DNA from: Candidatus Nomurabacteria bacterium RIFCSPLOWO2_01_FULL_39_18
GTDB taxonomy: Bacteria > Patescibacteriota > Minisyncoccia > Phycocordibacterales > UBA9973
Reading direction: 5' to 3'
Assembly: GCA_001787005.1 (NCBI GenBank)
Contig: MFUV01000010.1
Location: 9,955-73,954 of the forward strand
DNA: 64,000 nt
The notes beneath the pieces were generated by a model. The model saw only the letters and a program-made list of their open reading frames with translations, had not been told where the DNA came from and did no database searches. Made by a program: the position numbers and the translations under genes. This document shows, piece after piece, positions 35,248-45,243 of this stretch. Positions within the stretch are counted from its first letter, which is position 1; every line of letters begins with the position of its first letter.

Positions 35248-38145
35248 ATGATTTCCCGAATATTCGTAATGCTGAAAAATGGGGCGACGAGAGCAGATTC
35301 TTATCTTATCGATTCTAAATTCTTGAAAAAAGAGTTAATCAAACTTGCGGAAGCGCTGACTAATCCGATCCTAGAAAATTTCTCTATCAACAACTTGGAG
35401 GTCTTGCCTCCAAATGGAGGCAAGACCTCCAAGTTTACTTATGCGATTGAAATTGGTTTCAAGCCTGGGGTGACCGATAATGTTGGACACACCGTCGAGG
35501 AAATTGCCAGAGATCTGCTTGGTGTAAAAAAGAATCCTGACTTCCACGTGTATACTTCAAAAATTGTTTTCATCTCTCTTTCAAAAAAAGATGCGGAAAA
35601 ATACGCTCTTACTTTGTATAACCCACTAATTGAAAAATCACTGATAGTACCAGTGAAGAACAAAAAGATAAGTTTGCCTAAAAAAGTGCCAAAGGTTGTC
35701 CTTAAAAAAAGAAAACCGGTTATAAATGTTTCTCTTAAGGTTTCTGATGAAGAACTCATTAAAATCGGCAAAGAGGGAATAAAGGATGGAGACGGCACAC
35801 GCAGAGGGCCATTGGCGCTCGACCTGGCATCTATGAAAACCATTCAGGGATATTTTAAAAAATTAAAAAGAAGTCCGACAGATATAGAACTTGAGTCCCT
35901 GGCGCAAACTTGGTCGGAACATTGCAAACATACCATTTTCGCCAATCCGATTGATAATATAAAAGATGGCTTATATAAAACTTATATAAAAGGCGCAACC
36001 AATTTAATACGCAAACAAAAAGGTAAAAATGATTTCTGCGTTTCTGTTTTCTCTGACAACTCTGGTGGAATTATTTTTGATAAGGACTATTTAATCACAC
36101 ATAAGGTTGAGACGCACAACAGCCCCTCGGCACTTGACCCGTTTGGCGGAGCTATTACCGGCATCGGAGGGGTAAATCGTGATGCCATTGGCTTCGGACT
36201 TGGCGCCAAACCAGTTGCGAATACTTATGGATTCTGCCTCGCTCCACCAGATGAAAAAAGAAAATTATTTAGGGATAAAGACAGAACTCAAGCCTTGCTA
36301 CCCGCAAAAAGAATTATGGAAGGAGTAATAAAGGGGATTAATGTCGGAGGAAATTGTTCCGGTATTCCGACTCTTTCCGGATTTATTAAATTCGATGACA
36401 GATTTAGAGGCAAACCTTTAGTTTTCGCTGGAACAGTTGGATTAATCCCGAGAAAGAATGGTAGTAAACTTCTACACGAGAAGAAGGCAAGGGTGGGGGA
36501 CTATATTGTGATGGTTGGCGGAAAGGTAGGGCTTGATGGTATACATGGAGCGACTTTTTCTTCGGTAACTCTTGATTCAACTTCGCCCGCAACCGCAGTG
36601 CAAATTGGCGACCCCATAACTCAAAAAAAGTTAAGCGATGCGATAGTCAAAGAAGCCAGGGGATTAAATTTATACAACAGCATCACGGACGACGGCGCGG
36701 GAGGACTGTCTTGTTCCGTGGCAGAAATGGCAAAAGAATGTGGTGGAGCAAAAGTAATGCTTGAAAAGGTGCCCTTGAAATACCCAGGACTGCGCCCTTG
36801 GGAAATCTGGATTTCGGAATCCCAGGAGCGGATGACACTCTCTGTGCCAAAAAAAAAGTGGAAGAAGTTTAATGAATTGATGAAAAGTCGGGGAGTAGAA
36901 GCTACGGTGATAGGAAAATTCACAAATTCAGGGAATTGTGTTGTGAATTATAAAGGCAAAAAGATAATGGACCTAGATATGGAATTCCTGCATAATGGAC
37001 TTCCCAAACAGCATTTAACCACGATTCCATATTTACAAAATAATAAAGAGCCTCAAATTCCCAAAAATTCATCACTTACAAAAACTTTGGAAAATTTGCT
37101 GGGAAATAATAACATCAGCGGTTTTTCTTATATCTCACAACAATATGACCATGAGGTGCAAGCGTCTTCTGTATTAAAACCTCTCTCGGGCAGGGGTCGC
37201 ATCAACACCGATGCGCAAGTTTTCCGGCCAGTTCTAAGTTCGGAAAAGGGCGTTATTCTGTCTACCGGAGTTTATCCTTCATATGGAGACATCAATACTT
37301 ATTACATGGCGGCTTGCGCGTTAGATACAGCAATTCGAAATATTATTGCTTCTGGTGGGTCACTATCTAATCTTGCGATCTTGGATAATTTCTGTTGGTG
37401 CTCGTCGTATGATAAAACTCGCTTGGCACAGCTTGTGGACGCAGTAAAGGCATGCTACGACTACGGAGTGGGCTACGGCACGCCTTTTATATCCGGTAAG
37501 GACAGCATGTTTAATGATTTTAGGGGTTATGATGAGAAGGGTAATCCTATCGCTATTTCTATCCCGCCAACACTGCTCATCTCGGCAATTGGAGTGGTGC
37601 CTGATATTTATAAAATAATTTCTCCTGAATTTAAAAATGTTGGAGACGTGATTTACTTGCTCGGAAAGACGGATGATGAGCTTGGTGGAAGTGAGTACTA
37701 TAAATCACTAAAGGCGGTTGGGAATGATGTGCCGAAAGTTAATTTGGAAAAAAATTTAAAAACATATTTAGCGCTTGAAAGGGCTATCCAGAAAGAATTG
37801 GTTGCTTCTTCGATTTCTGTAACTTCTGGGGGACTGGCAATAGCGCTGGCTAAGACATGTGTCGGTGGAATGCTCGGATGTAATATTAGCGTCAGGGGCA
37901 TGCCTGGAAGTTCAAAATCGGCCGATGCGAAGCTTTTTTCCGAAAGCCAGGGAAGGATTCTGGTATCTATATCGCCCCAAAATATAAGCGCATTTGAAAA
38001 AATCATAAAAAATATTCCTTATGCTAAAATGGGGAAAGTTGTAAAAGACGGAAAATTCACAATTACAGACAAAACAAAAATAGTTAAAACCGATGTTAAA
38101 AAACTGTACAAAATTTATCACAGATTTTCAGAAAAAATGAAATGA
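35248..38145 (+). CDS. purL: phosphoribosylformylglycinamidine synthase subunit PurL with N-terminal PurS-like domain
   Basis: 965 aa; N-terminal segment FKPGVTDNVGHTVEEIARDLLG resembles PurS; AIR-synthase-related repeats follow (ETHNSPSALDPFGGAITGIGG). Confidence 0.85.
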   Translation: MISRIFVMLKNGATRADSYLIDSKFLKKELIKLAEALTNPILENFSINNLEVLPPNGGKTSKFTYAIEIGFKPGVTDNVGHTVEEIARDLLGVKKNPDFHVYTSKIVFISLSKKDAEKYALTLYNPLIEKSLIVPVKNKKISLPKKVPKVVLKKRKPVINVSLKVSDEELIKIGKEGIKDGDGTRRGPLALDLASMKTIQGYFKKLKRSPTDIELESLAQTWSEHCKHTIFANPIDNIKDGLYKTYIKGATNLIRKQKGKNDFCVSVFSDNSGGIIFDKDYLITHKVETHNSPSALDPFGGAITGIGGVNRDAIGFGLGAKPVANTYGFCLAPPDEKRKLFRDKDRTQALLPAKRIMEGVIKGINVGGNCSGIPTLSGFIKFDDRFRGKPLVFAGTVGLIPRKNGSKLLHEKKARVGDYIVMVGGKVGLDGIHGATFSSVTLDSTSPATAVQIGDPITQKKLSDAIVKEARGLNLYNSITDDGAGGLSCSVAEMAKECGGAKVMLEKVPLKYPGLRPWEIWISESQERMTLSVPKKKWKKFNELMKSRGVEATVIGKFTNSGNCVVNYKGKKIMDLDMEFLHNGLPKQHLTTIPYLQNNKEPQIPKNSSLTKTLENLLGNNNISGFSYISQQYDHEVQASSVLKPLSGRGRINTDAQVFRPVLSSEKGVILSTGVYPSYGDINTYYMAACALDTAIRNIIASGGSLSNLAILDNFCWCSSYDKTRLAQLVDAVKACYDYGVGYGTPFISGKDSMFNDFRGYDEKGNPIAISIPPTLLISAIGVVPDIYKIISPEFKNVGDVIYLLGKTDDELGGSEYYKSLKAVGNDVPKVNLEKNLKTYLALERAIQKELVASSISVTSGGLAIALAKTCVGGMLGCNISVRGMPGSSKSADAKLFSESQGRILVSISPQNISAFEKIIKNIPYAKMGKVVKDGKFTITDKTKIVKTDVKKLYKIYHRFSEKMK

Positions 38146-39833
38146 AAACTGAAAATAAAAAATGCGAAAGTTGTAAAAAGGATTTCACTATCGAGCCGGA
38201 TGATTTTGGATTCTATGAACAAATGAAGGTCCCGCCGCCGGTCTGGTGTCCGCATTGCAGACTTCTGCGACGAATGGCTTGGTATGGCTACCGAATTTTA
38301 TATAAGCGCAAATGCGATTTCACCGGAGAAAATATTATCACGTTTTACCATCCGGATTTACCAGTCAAAGTCTACAAGCAAGATGTTTGGTGGGGCGATG
38401 GCTGGGATCCAAAAAGTTATGGGTGTGACTATGATTTCAATAGGCCTTTTTTCGAGCAGTATAAAGAATTATTGGATGAAGTGCCGAAGGCATCGCTCCA
38501 CACAGAATACAGCACTATGATAAACAGTGAATACTGCAACGCCGCCAGCTTTCAGAAAAATGGCTACTTGTGTTTCAAACATATTACCGGTGAAGATTCC
38601 GCATATACAAATGTTGCCTTAAATACGAAAGATTCTCTCGACCTGGCTTATTCCGCCGATCCTGAGCTTTGTTATGAAATTGTTGACGTGCGGAAGTGTT
38701 TTCAGACATTTTTTTCTCAGGATTGCGAGAATTGCCAAAATGTTTATTTTTCTCGAGACTTAGTGAATTGCGGCGATTGCTTTGGATGCACTTCTCTAAG
38801 AAATAAAAATTATTATATCTTTAACGAACAATATACACGAGAAGAATATATGAAAAAACTCAAGGAATTTAATCTTGGTTCAATGAAAAATGTACAGAAG
38901 TTCAAAAAGCAGGCATATGCCCTCTCGTTAAACTTTCCTCGTCGTTCCACGATGGGTCGTAATAATACAAATGTTTCTGGTGAATATATTTATAATTCTA
39001 AAAATACTCATGATTCATACTTCATTGCAGATTCAGAAAACGTCAGATATTGTCAATTGTTTTTAAAAGGCGGGGTGCATAACTGCTATGATTTCACGGC
39101 TTTTGGCTCTGCTTCAGAATGGGTTTACGAAGCGACGTGGACTGGGCTTAATACCTCCAATGTAAAATTCAGTATTTGGAATTATCGCAATCATGATACT
39201 GAATATACCTTTGGTTGCCATGGATGCGCTTATTTATTTGGTTGTGTCGGACTCCGAAAGGCGGAATATTGCATTTTCAACAAGCAATACACTAAGGAAG
39301 AATATTTTCCACTGGTTGAGAAAATAAAAAAGCAGATGGATGACATGCCATTCGTGGACAGAAGGGGATTAGAACATAGATATGGCGGGCAAATGCCTAT
39401 AGATCTTTGTCCTTGGGCATACAATGAAACTACCGCTTACGAATTTTTTCCACTCACCAAAGAAGAAGCATTGGCAAAAGGCTTTGCCTGGCGCGACCCT
39501 GACGAACGAGAATATCTTCCAGCCACCATTGTCGTGCCTGACCATATTAAAGATGTAACAGATGATATAACAAAAGAAGTTTTGAAGTGCGAAGCTTGTG
39601 GCAAAAATTATCAAATTATTCAAAAAGAACTTCAATTTTTGAAACGATTTAATCTTCCCATCCCTATCCATTGCCCGCTTTGTCGTGACAGGGCCCGCAT
39701 TAAACAATTAAACCCAATACAAAGCTATAATCGCAAATGTGATAAGTGCGATGTGACCATCCAAACTTCCTACGCTCCCGACCGACCAGAAATAGTGTAT
39801 TGCGAGAATTGTTACAAACAAGAAGTATATTAA
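38142..39833 (+). CDS. large cysteine-rich protein of unknown function, paralog 1 (zinc-ribbon-like modules at both termini)
   Basis: 563 aa, >35 Cys; N-terminal CESCKK..FYEQMKVPPPVWCPHCRLLRR, C-terminal CEACGK..IHCPLCRDRAR..YCENCYKQEVY; two internal C-x2-C..FGC..FN.QYT.EEY repeats; overlaps the purL stop by 4 nt. Confidence 0.5.
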   Translation: MKTENKKCESCKKDFTIEPDDFGFYEQMKVPPPVWCPHCRLLRRMAWYGYRILYKRKCDFTGENIITFYHPDLPVKVYKQDVWWGDGWDPKSYGCDYDFNRPFFEQYKELLDEVPKASLHTEYSTMINSEYCNAASFQKNGYLCFKHITGEDSAYTNVALNTKDSLDLAYSADPELCYEIVDVRKCFQTFFSQDCENCQNVYFSRDLVNCGDCFGCTSLRNKNYYIFNEQYTREEYMKKLKEFNLGSMKNVQKFKKQAYALSLNFPRRSTMGRNNTNVSGEYIYNSKNTHDSYFIADSENVRYCQLFLKGGVHNCYDFTAFGSASEWVYEATWTGLNTSNVKFSIWNYRNHDTEYTFGCHGCAYLFGCVGLRKAEYCIFNKQYTKEEYFPLVEKIKKQMDDMPFVDRRGLEHRYGGQMPIDLCPWAYNETTAYEFFPLTKEEALAKGFAWRDPDEREYLPATIVVPDHIKDVTDDITKEVLKCEACGKNYQIIQKELQFLKRFNLPIPIHCPLCRDRARIKQLNPIQSYNRKCDKCDVTIQTSYAPDRPEIVYCENCYKQEVY

Positions 39834-39837
39834 AATG

Positions 39838-39874
39838 CTATTCTAGTGTTTTGCAAAAAACTGAAATAAGAAAA
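39838..39874. promoter_or_regulatory. copy of the TTCTAGTGTTTTGCAAAA-ACTGAAATA motif between the two Cys-rich paralogs
   Basis: ctattctagtgttttgcaaaaaactgaaataagaaaa; about 95% identical to 56897-56934 and related to the palindrome at 1788. Confidence 0.45.
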
Positions 39875-41619
39875 TGGAGAATAAAAAAGAAAACAAAATA
39901 TGCCAGAATTGTAAAAAGAATTTCGTCATTGAACCGGATGATTTTTCTTTTTATGAAAAGATGCGGGTACCGCCGCCGACCTTTTGCCCGGAGTGCAGAT
40001 TTCAAAGAAGACTATTGTTCAGAAATAATCGGGTTTTTTATAGGCGAGAGTGCGCTTTATGTAATAAATCAATATTGAGTGTGTACAACAAGAAAAAGTC
40101 TTACACTATTTTTTGTCATGAATGTTGGCTTTCTGATAAATGGGATCCAATGGACTATGGCCGCGAATATGATTTTTCCATTCCATTTTTCAGCCAATTT
40201 CGCTCACTGCAATCAAAAGTCCCCAGGGCGAATTTATATAGAGAAAATTTTATATTAAGTGATTACTGCAACTACGGTCTTGATTTTAAAGAATGCTATT
40301 TATTGTTTGGTGGACAAAATAACGAAAGAGTATATTTTGGAAACCAAATTTTTGATTCACACGATTCTTTTGATATAGCTTTTTCTGAAAAAGTAGAATT
40401 CAGTTATGAAATTTTTGAATGCGCCAGAACCAATCTTTTGTTCTTCAGCCACCATTCAAATGACTGCATTGATAGTTTTTATTTAGCAGACTGTAGAAAC
40501 TGCATGAATTGTTTTGGTTGTGTTGGGTTAGTGAACAAACAATATTATGTTTTTAATAAACCATACACCAAAGAACAATATCAAAAATTTATAAAATCAA
40601 ATAATATTGGAAGTTTCAAAAATCATCAGGAATTCCTTAAAAAACTCAAAGAATTAGAATCAAAAATACCTCATCGTTATGCTCGTATTTATAAATCAGT
40701 GAATTCTGACGGTGACGACTTGTCAGAAGCTAGAAGTACTCATAACTCTTTTAGCTCTCGCCAAGCTGAAGATTCTAAATATTTATTTTTCTGCAGGCAT
40801 AGGTCAAAAGATTGCTATGATAATTCGTTTAATGGCGTAAACGCTGAACTTCTTTATGAGATTGCTCATGGTTTTGGAGGATCAAATGGAGCCTTCAGCA
40901 TGAGAAATTTTGATAACCAAGATTTTTTCTATAACGAAGAATGCCATAACTGCCATAATATTTTCGGATGTGAAGGTCTACGCAAGAAACAGTACTGTAT
41001 TTTAAATAAACAATACAACAAAAAAGAATATGGAGAGATTTTGCCAAAAATAATCAAGCACATGAATGATATGCCGTATCATGACCAGAAAGGAAGAACC
41101 TATAAATACGGAGAGTTTTTCCCGGCGGAACTTTCGCCTTTTGCTTATAATGAAAGTATCGCTCAAGAATATTTCCCCTTAACAAAGGAAGAAGCTTTAG
41201 AACAAGAATATAAATGGGAAGATGGAGAAACGAGGAATTATAAAATTGATATAGATAGTAAAGATATCCCAGACCACATAAAAGATGTTGGGGAGGATAT
41301 TGTGGGTAAAGTTATCGCTTGTGAACATGCGGGAGGATGCAAAGACCAATGCACTGAAGCATTTAAGATTGTTCCAGAAGAATATAAATTTTATAAAAGA
41401 TTCAACTTGCCACTACCCAGGTTGTGTTCAAATTGCCGGCATTATCAGCGAATCGGATTAAGAAATCCACTAAAGCTCTGGGATAGAAAGTGCATGTGTG
41501 ATAAAGAAGGTCATTTCCATGAAAAAGAAAAATGTGTAGTAGAATTCAAAACAAGTTACGCTCCCGATCGACCAGAAATCATTTTTTGTGAAAAATGTTA
41601 CCAGCAAGAAATTTATTAG
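39874..41619 (+). CDS. large cysteine-rich protein of unknown function, paralog 2
   Basis: 581 aa; same architecture as paralog 1 and roughly 40-45% identical by eye (CQNCKKNF..FYEKMRVPPPTFCPECRFQRR .. FCEKCYQQEIY). Confidence 0.5.
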   Translation: MENKKENKICQNCKKNFVIEPDDFSFYEKMRVPPPTFCPECRFQRRLLFRNNRVFYRRECALCNKSILSVYNKKKSYTIFCHECWLSDKWDPMDYGREYDFSIPFFSQFRSLQSKVPRANLYRENFILSDYCNYGLDFKECYLLFGGQNNERVYFGNQIFDSHDSFDIAFSEKVEFSYEIFECARTNLLFFSHHSNDCIDSFYLADCRNCMNCFGCVGLVNKQYYVFNKPYTKEQYQKFIKSNNIGSFKNHQEFLKKLKELESKIPHRYARIYKSVNSDGDDLSEARSTHNSFSSRQAEDSKYLFFCRHRSKDCYDNSFNGVNAELLYEIAHGFGGSNGAFSMRNFDNQDFFYNEECHNCHNIFGCEGLRKKQYCILNKQYNKKEYGEILPKIIKHMNDMPYHDQKGRTYKYGEFFPAELSPFAYNESIAQEYFPLTKEEALEQEYKWEDGETRNYKIDIDSKDIPDHIKDVGEDIVGKVIACEHAGGCKDQCTEAFKIVPEEYKFYKRFNLPLPRLCSNCRHYQRIGLRNPLKLWDRKCMCDKEGHFHEKEKCVVEFKTSYAPDRPEIIFCEKCYQQEIY

Positions 41620-41622
41620 TAC

Positions 41623-41656
41623 ACATACCAACATACTGGAGTTTGTAAGGATATTA
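41623..41656. promoter_or_regulatory. second copy of the 34-bp ACATAC-AACATACTGGAGTTTGTAAG-ATATTA motif, ending 5 bp upstream of the purQ ATG
   Basis: 32/34 identical to 30599-30632. Confidence 0.5.
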
Positions 41657-41661
41657 AAATT

Positions 41662-42477
41662 ATGGAAAAGAAAAATAAATCAAAAAATAAAAAACCGAAA
41701 ATCATTGTCCTCTCTGGGTATGGACTTAATTGCGAAGAAGAAACGAAGTTTGCTTTTGAGTCTGCGGGTGCAAAAAAAAATGTAAGAGCGGACATCGTGC
41801 ACATCAATGACTTGATTGCTAAACCGAGAATGTTGCAGAAGTATGACGTCATGGCTTTTCCAGGTGGATTTTCTTATGGTGATGATACGGGAAGCGGGAA
41901 AGCTTATGCTAATAAATTCAAAAATTATTTAGCAAAAGAACTGGAAGAATTTTTAGCGCGTGATACTCTTGTTATTGGCATTTGTAATGGATTTCAAATA
42001 ATCACAAACTTAGGAATTCTGCCCGGAGCGCTAACATATAATAAAAATGGAAGATATCTTGATCGTTGGGTTGATTTGAAAGTAACGGGACGAAGTCCTT
42101 GGCTCAAGGATATTAAAAAAATATCTCTTCCCATAGCGCACGGTGAGGGACATTATGTTATTTCACCTAAAGAATACAAAAAAATACAAAAGGATAAACA
42201 AATAGCATTTAAATATATAAAAGGGGAAATCTGTAAATTCCAAAATTTGGAACATAACCCAAATGGATCAGACTATGACATTGCGGGTGTTTTGGCTTAT
42301 AATGGAAGGGTTCTTGGATTGATGCCTCACCCTGAGCGAGCAATGTTTTCTCATCAAAACCCTTTGTGGCATATAAATAAAAACACACCAAAAGAAGGGA
42401 GGGGATTGCAGGTTTTTAAAAATGCTATAAATTATTTTTCCGCCCGAGGCGGATCCGCCTATGGCGGAAAGAAATAA
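41662..42477 (+). CDS. purQ: phosphoribosylformylglycinamidine synthase glutamine amidotransferase subunit
   Basis: Class I GATase: GICNGFQI catalytic Cys, HPE at the C-terminus. Confidence 0.85.
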   Translation: MEKKNKSKNKKPKIIVLSGYGLNCEEETKFAFESAGAKKNVRADIVHINDLIAKPRMLQKYDVMAFPGGFSYGDDTGSGKAYANKFKNYLAKELEEFLARDTLVIGICNGFQIITNLGILPGALTYNKNGRYLDRWVDLKVTGRSPWLKDIKKISLPIAHGEGHYVISPKEYKKIQKDKQIAFKYIKGEICKFQNLEHNPNGSDYDIAGVLAYNGRVLGLMPHPERAMFSHQNPLWHINKNTPKEGRGLQVFKNAINYFSARGGSAYGGKK

Positions 42478-43885
42478 ACCACGAAACATGAGCGACCTTA
42501 AAGAAAAATGCGGGATTGTTGGTATTTATGGCAAAGGTTTGCCGGTTTCAAGGCTTGCCTTTTTTTCTTTATTTGCTCTCCAGCATAGAGGCCAGGAAGC
42601 TTCTGGCATAACAACCAATGATGATGACAAACTTCACACACACAAGGGCGTAGGACTTGTGGCCCAAGTTTATAAAGAGAAGGATATAGAAAAATTACAC
42701 GGATATATCGGGATAGGACATAACAGGTACTCCACTTCAGGCGGAGGAGCGTTAGATCATGCTCAACCAGTTCTAAATAGTGATTTTTCTTTCGCTCTTG
42801 CCCATAACGGAAATTTGCCGAGTGTTAAAGCGCTAGAAAAATTTCTTTCATCCAAAAAAAAATTAAAAAGGGATCGTTCAGATTCAGAGCTTATTGCTGA
42901 TGCTATTGATTTCTATATTAAAAAAGGGAACTCGGTATCAGAAGCAGTTAAAAAAATTTTTCCGCTTATTACTGGAGCCTTTGCCCTAGTAATGATGGAT
43001 AAAGATACGCTGGTTGCGGTACGAGATATTTATGGTATGAGGCCGCTTTCGCTCGGAAAGATAGGCGGGGGATATATCTTCGCATCAGAGACATGCGCTA
43101 TTTCTACTGTCGGGGCAAAGTTTGTTCGGGATGTAAATCCGGGAGAAATGATTGTTATAAATAAAAATGGCATAAAAAGTATAACATTGGCAAAGGCAAA
43201 TCCAAAACATGATATTTTTGAATATGTATATTTCGCTCGACCCGATAGTACGATGAATGGAAAATTAATTTACCAAGTTAGGAAAAATTTCGGCAAGGAG
43301 CTAGCGCATGAATTTAATTTAAATGTTGACACAGTGGTGCCGGTGCCGGACACGGCAATGCCCGTTGCCTTGGGTTATAGCGAAGTTTCTGGCATTCCCA
43401 TGGAAATGGCATTAGTGAAGAATCGTTACGTGCATCGGACATTCATTGAACCGGATCAAAAATCTCGTCGGAATAGCGTCGCCCTTAAATTAATACCCCT
43501 AAGGGAAATATTAAAAGGGAAAAAAATCGCAGTCATTGATGATTCTATTGTTCGTGGTAACACAAGCAGAAAATTAGTCAAGACATTGTTTAAATCCGGG
43601 GCAAAAGAAGTGCATTTATTGATTTCCTCGCCGCCTATCCGCTATCCAGACTTTTATGGAATCGACACCCCAAAACAAAAAGAATTGATCGCTTCAAGTA
43701 AAACAGTCGAGCAAATTAGGAAATTTTTAGGTGCTACTTCACTACATTTTTTATCTCTTGATGGCTTAATAAAGTCCATTGGCTTGCCAAAAGACAAGCT
43801 TTGCACTTCATTCTTTACCGGCGTTTATCCGATTGATCTAAAAGAACGAAAAAAAGAAATAAATTATGACGTCCCAAAAACCTAA
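42461..43885 (+). CDS. purF: amidophosphoribosyltransferase
   Basis: N-terminal CGIVGIYG Ntn nucleophile, PRTase motif VIDDSIVRGNT. Confidence 0.9.
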   Translation: MAERNKPRNMSDLKEKCGIVGIYGKGLPVSRLAFFSLFALQHRGQEASGITTNDDDKLHTHKGVGLVAQVYKEKDIEKLHGYIGIGHNRYSTSGGGALDHAQPVLNSDFSFALAHNGNLPSVKALEKFLSSKKKLKRDRSDSELIADAIDFYIKKGNSVSEAVKKIFPLITGAFALVMMDKDTLVAVRDIYGMRPLSLGKIGGGYIFASETCAISTVGAKFVRDVNPGEMIVINKNGIKSITLAKANPKHDIFEYVYFARPDSTMNGKLIYQVRKNFGKELAHEFNLNVDTVVPVPDTAMPVALGYSEVSGIPMEMALVKNRYVHRTFIEPDQKSRRNSVALKLIPLREILKGKKIAVIDDSIVRGNTSRKLVKTLFKSGAKEVHLLISSPPIRYPDFYGIDTPKQKELIASSKTVEQIRKFLGATSLHFLSLDGLIKSIGLPKDKLCTSFFTGVYPIDLKERKKEINYDVPKT

Positions 43886-44507
43886 AATAAAGTTGGCGAT
43901 TCTTATTTCTGATGCTGGCACTGGCACGAACTTGAAAGCAATAATCGATGGGGTTAATGCGGGAACAATTAACGCAGAAATTGTCGCAGTAATTTCTGAT
44001 ACAATAGAGGCGCTAGGATTAGAATATGCTAGAAAAAATAATTTAAGAATCGAAATTTGCGGAAAAAAAGAAGTCCTACTCTCGATTTTACAAAAATTAA
44101 ATCCCGATTATGTTTGTTTGGCTGGCTGGAAGCAAATAATTCTTAACGAAGTTATACTTGCATATCCAAACAAAATTCTGAATCTACACCCCGGACTGGT
44201 TCCTGATACAATCAATGGAAGCCTGCCTGCGCAGACAGGTGTAAAAAACCCTGATGGTACAAACGCGCTTTGGAATAAGGGAATGCTAACCACAAAAGCT
44301 ATCAGAAATTTCTTAGACCAGAAAAAAACTTATGCTGGGTCATCTATTCACTTTTTAACCTTGGATTTCGACTTTGGACCGGTTTTAGGCAGAACTTTTG
44401 AAAAAGTTGAACCCCATGATAATGTTGAATCATTGTATTCAAGACTTAAGAAAAAAGAAAATCAGCTGTATGTCGAAGTTTTAGAAAAATTATGTAAAAA
44501 ATTATAA
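43866..44507 (+). CDS. purN: phosphoribosylglycinamide formyltransferase
   Basis: KLAILISDAGTGTNLKAII, NLHPGLVP motif (formyl transferase His/Asp region). Confidence 0.8.
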   Translation: MTSQKPKIKLAILISDAGTGTNLKAIIDGVNAGTINAEIVAVISDTIEALGLEYARKNNLRIEICGKKEVLLSILQKLNPDYVCLAGWKQIILNEVILAYPNKILNLHPGLVPDTINGSLPAQTGVKNPDGTNALWNKGMLTTKAIRNFLDQKKTYAGSSIHFLTLDFDFGPVLGRTFEKVEPHDNVESLYSRLKKKENQLYVEVLEKLCKKL

Positions 44508-44511
44508 TCGA

Positions 44512-45234
44512 ATGGGTAATGCGATAGAAAACAAAAATATTACTTTCAAAAAAGATACTGGAAGAGAAACAGTTGTTGGAGTAATCAGTGAGATACAAAT
44601 TAACCAGGGATCATATAGCACAATATTTGATAGTATTGTCGATGTTGCTGGACATAAAAAGAGATTTATAATAAAGAAATATAAAGATACTATGGGAGCC
44701 TCCGCGGCCAAAAATGCTGATAAGGCGTTTAAAAATTATTCTTTAGCCAAAAAAGCCGGGTTGAAAATTTTTCCTACTTTTAGGGTAAGTGAAAATAAAA
44801 AAAACATATTGATGACTACTGGTTTTTCTAATGGTCAGATATGTGTAGGAAGTAATAATGACATTACTGTAACTGAACTTGGACGACCACTTATTTGTGA
44901 AATACAAAATGTTGATAAATTTTTATCAGATTTTTTTAATGAACATCTTAAGGCGGCTAAACACGGGATCCGATTTTGGATTGATGTTTTCTTTTTTATT
45001 CTTAGTAGAAACGAACCCACTAAAATAGATTTCGTTGTAGGTGATTTAGATAACTCAGCAGAAATGGAACCTTCAAAATCAATAGGACTTCGCAATATGG
45101 AATATGCAAGAACAACCCTTATTGCATTTTGTGAAAAGAATATAAACACAAATTTTGCATACAAATTCAGAGAAAAAGTTGAAGCTTATTACGAACAAGG
45201 TGTTAATGCTGTAAATGCGAGTGAGCTAAATTAA
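44512..45234 (+). CDS. hypothetical protein inside the purine operon, possibly protein-kinase-like fold
   Basis: 240 aa; glycine-rich stretch INQGSYSTIF followed by FIIKKYK (VAIK-like lysine) and VVGDLDNS (DFG-like); weak, motif-level only. Confidence 0.3.
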   Translation: MGNAIENKNITFKKDTGRETVVGVISEIQINQGSYSTIFDSIVDVAGHKKRFIIKKYKDTMGASAAKNADKAFKNYSLAKKAGLKIFPTFRVSENKKNILMTTGFSNGQICVGSNNDITVTELGRPLICEIQNVDKFLSDFFNEHLKAAKHGIRFWIDVFFFILSRNEPTKIDFVVGDLDNSAEMEPSKSIGLRNMEYARTTLIAFCEKNINTNFAYKFREKVEAYYEQGVNAVNASELN

Positions 45235-45243
45235 AATAATAAT

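Noticed and set aside
41620-41661. Purine or ZTP riboswitch in front of purQ
   Set aside because: The spacer is only ~40 nt, occupied by the 34-bp ACTGGAGTTTGTAAG motif; no purine-riboswitch or pfl/ZTP consensus elements
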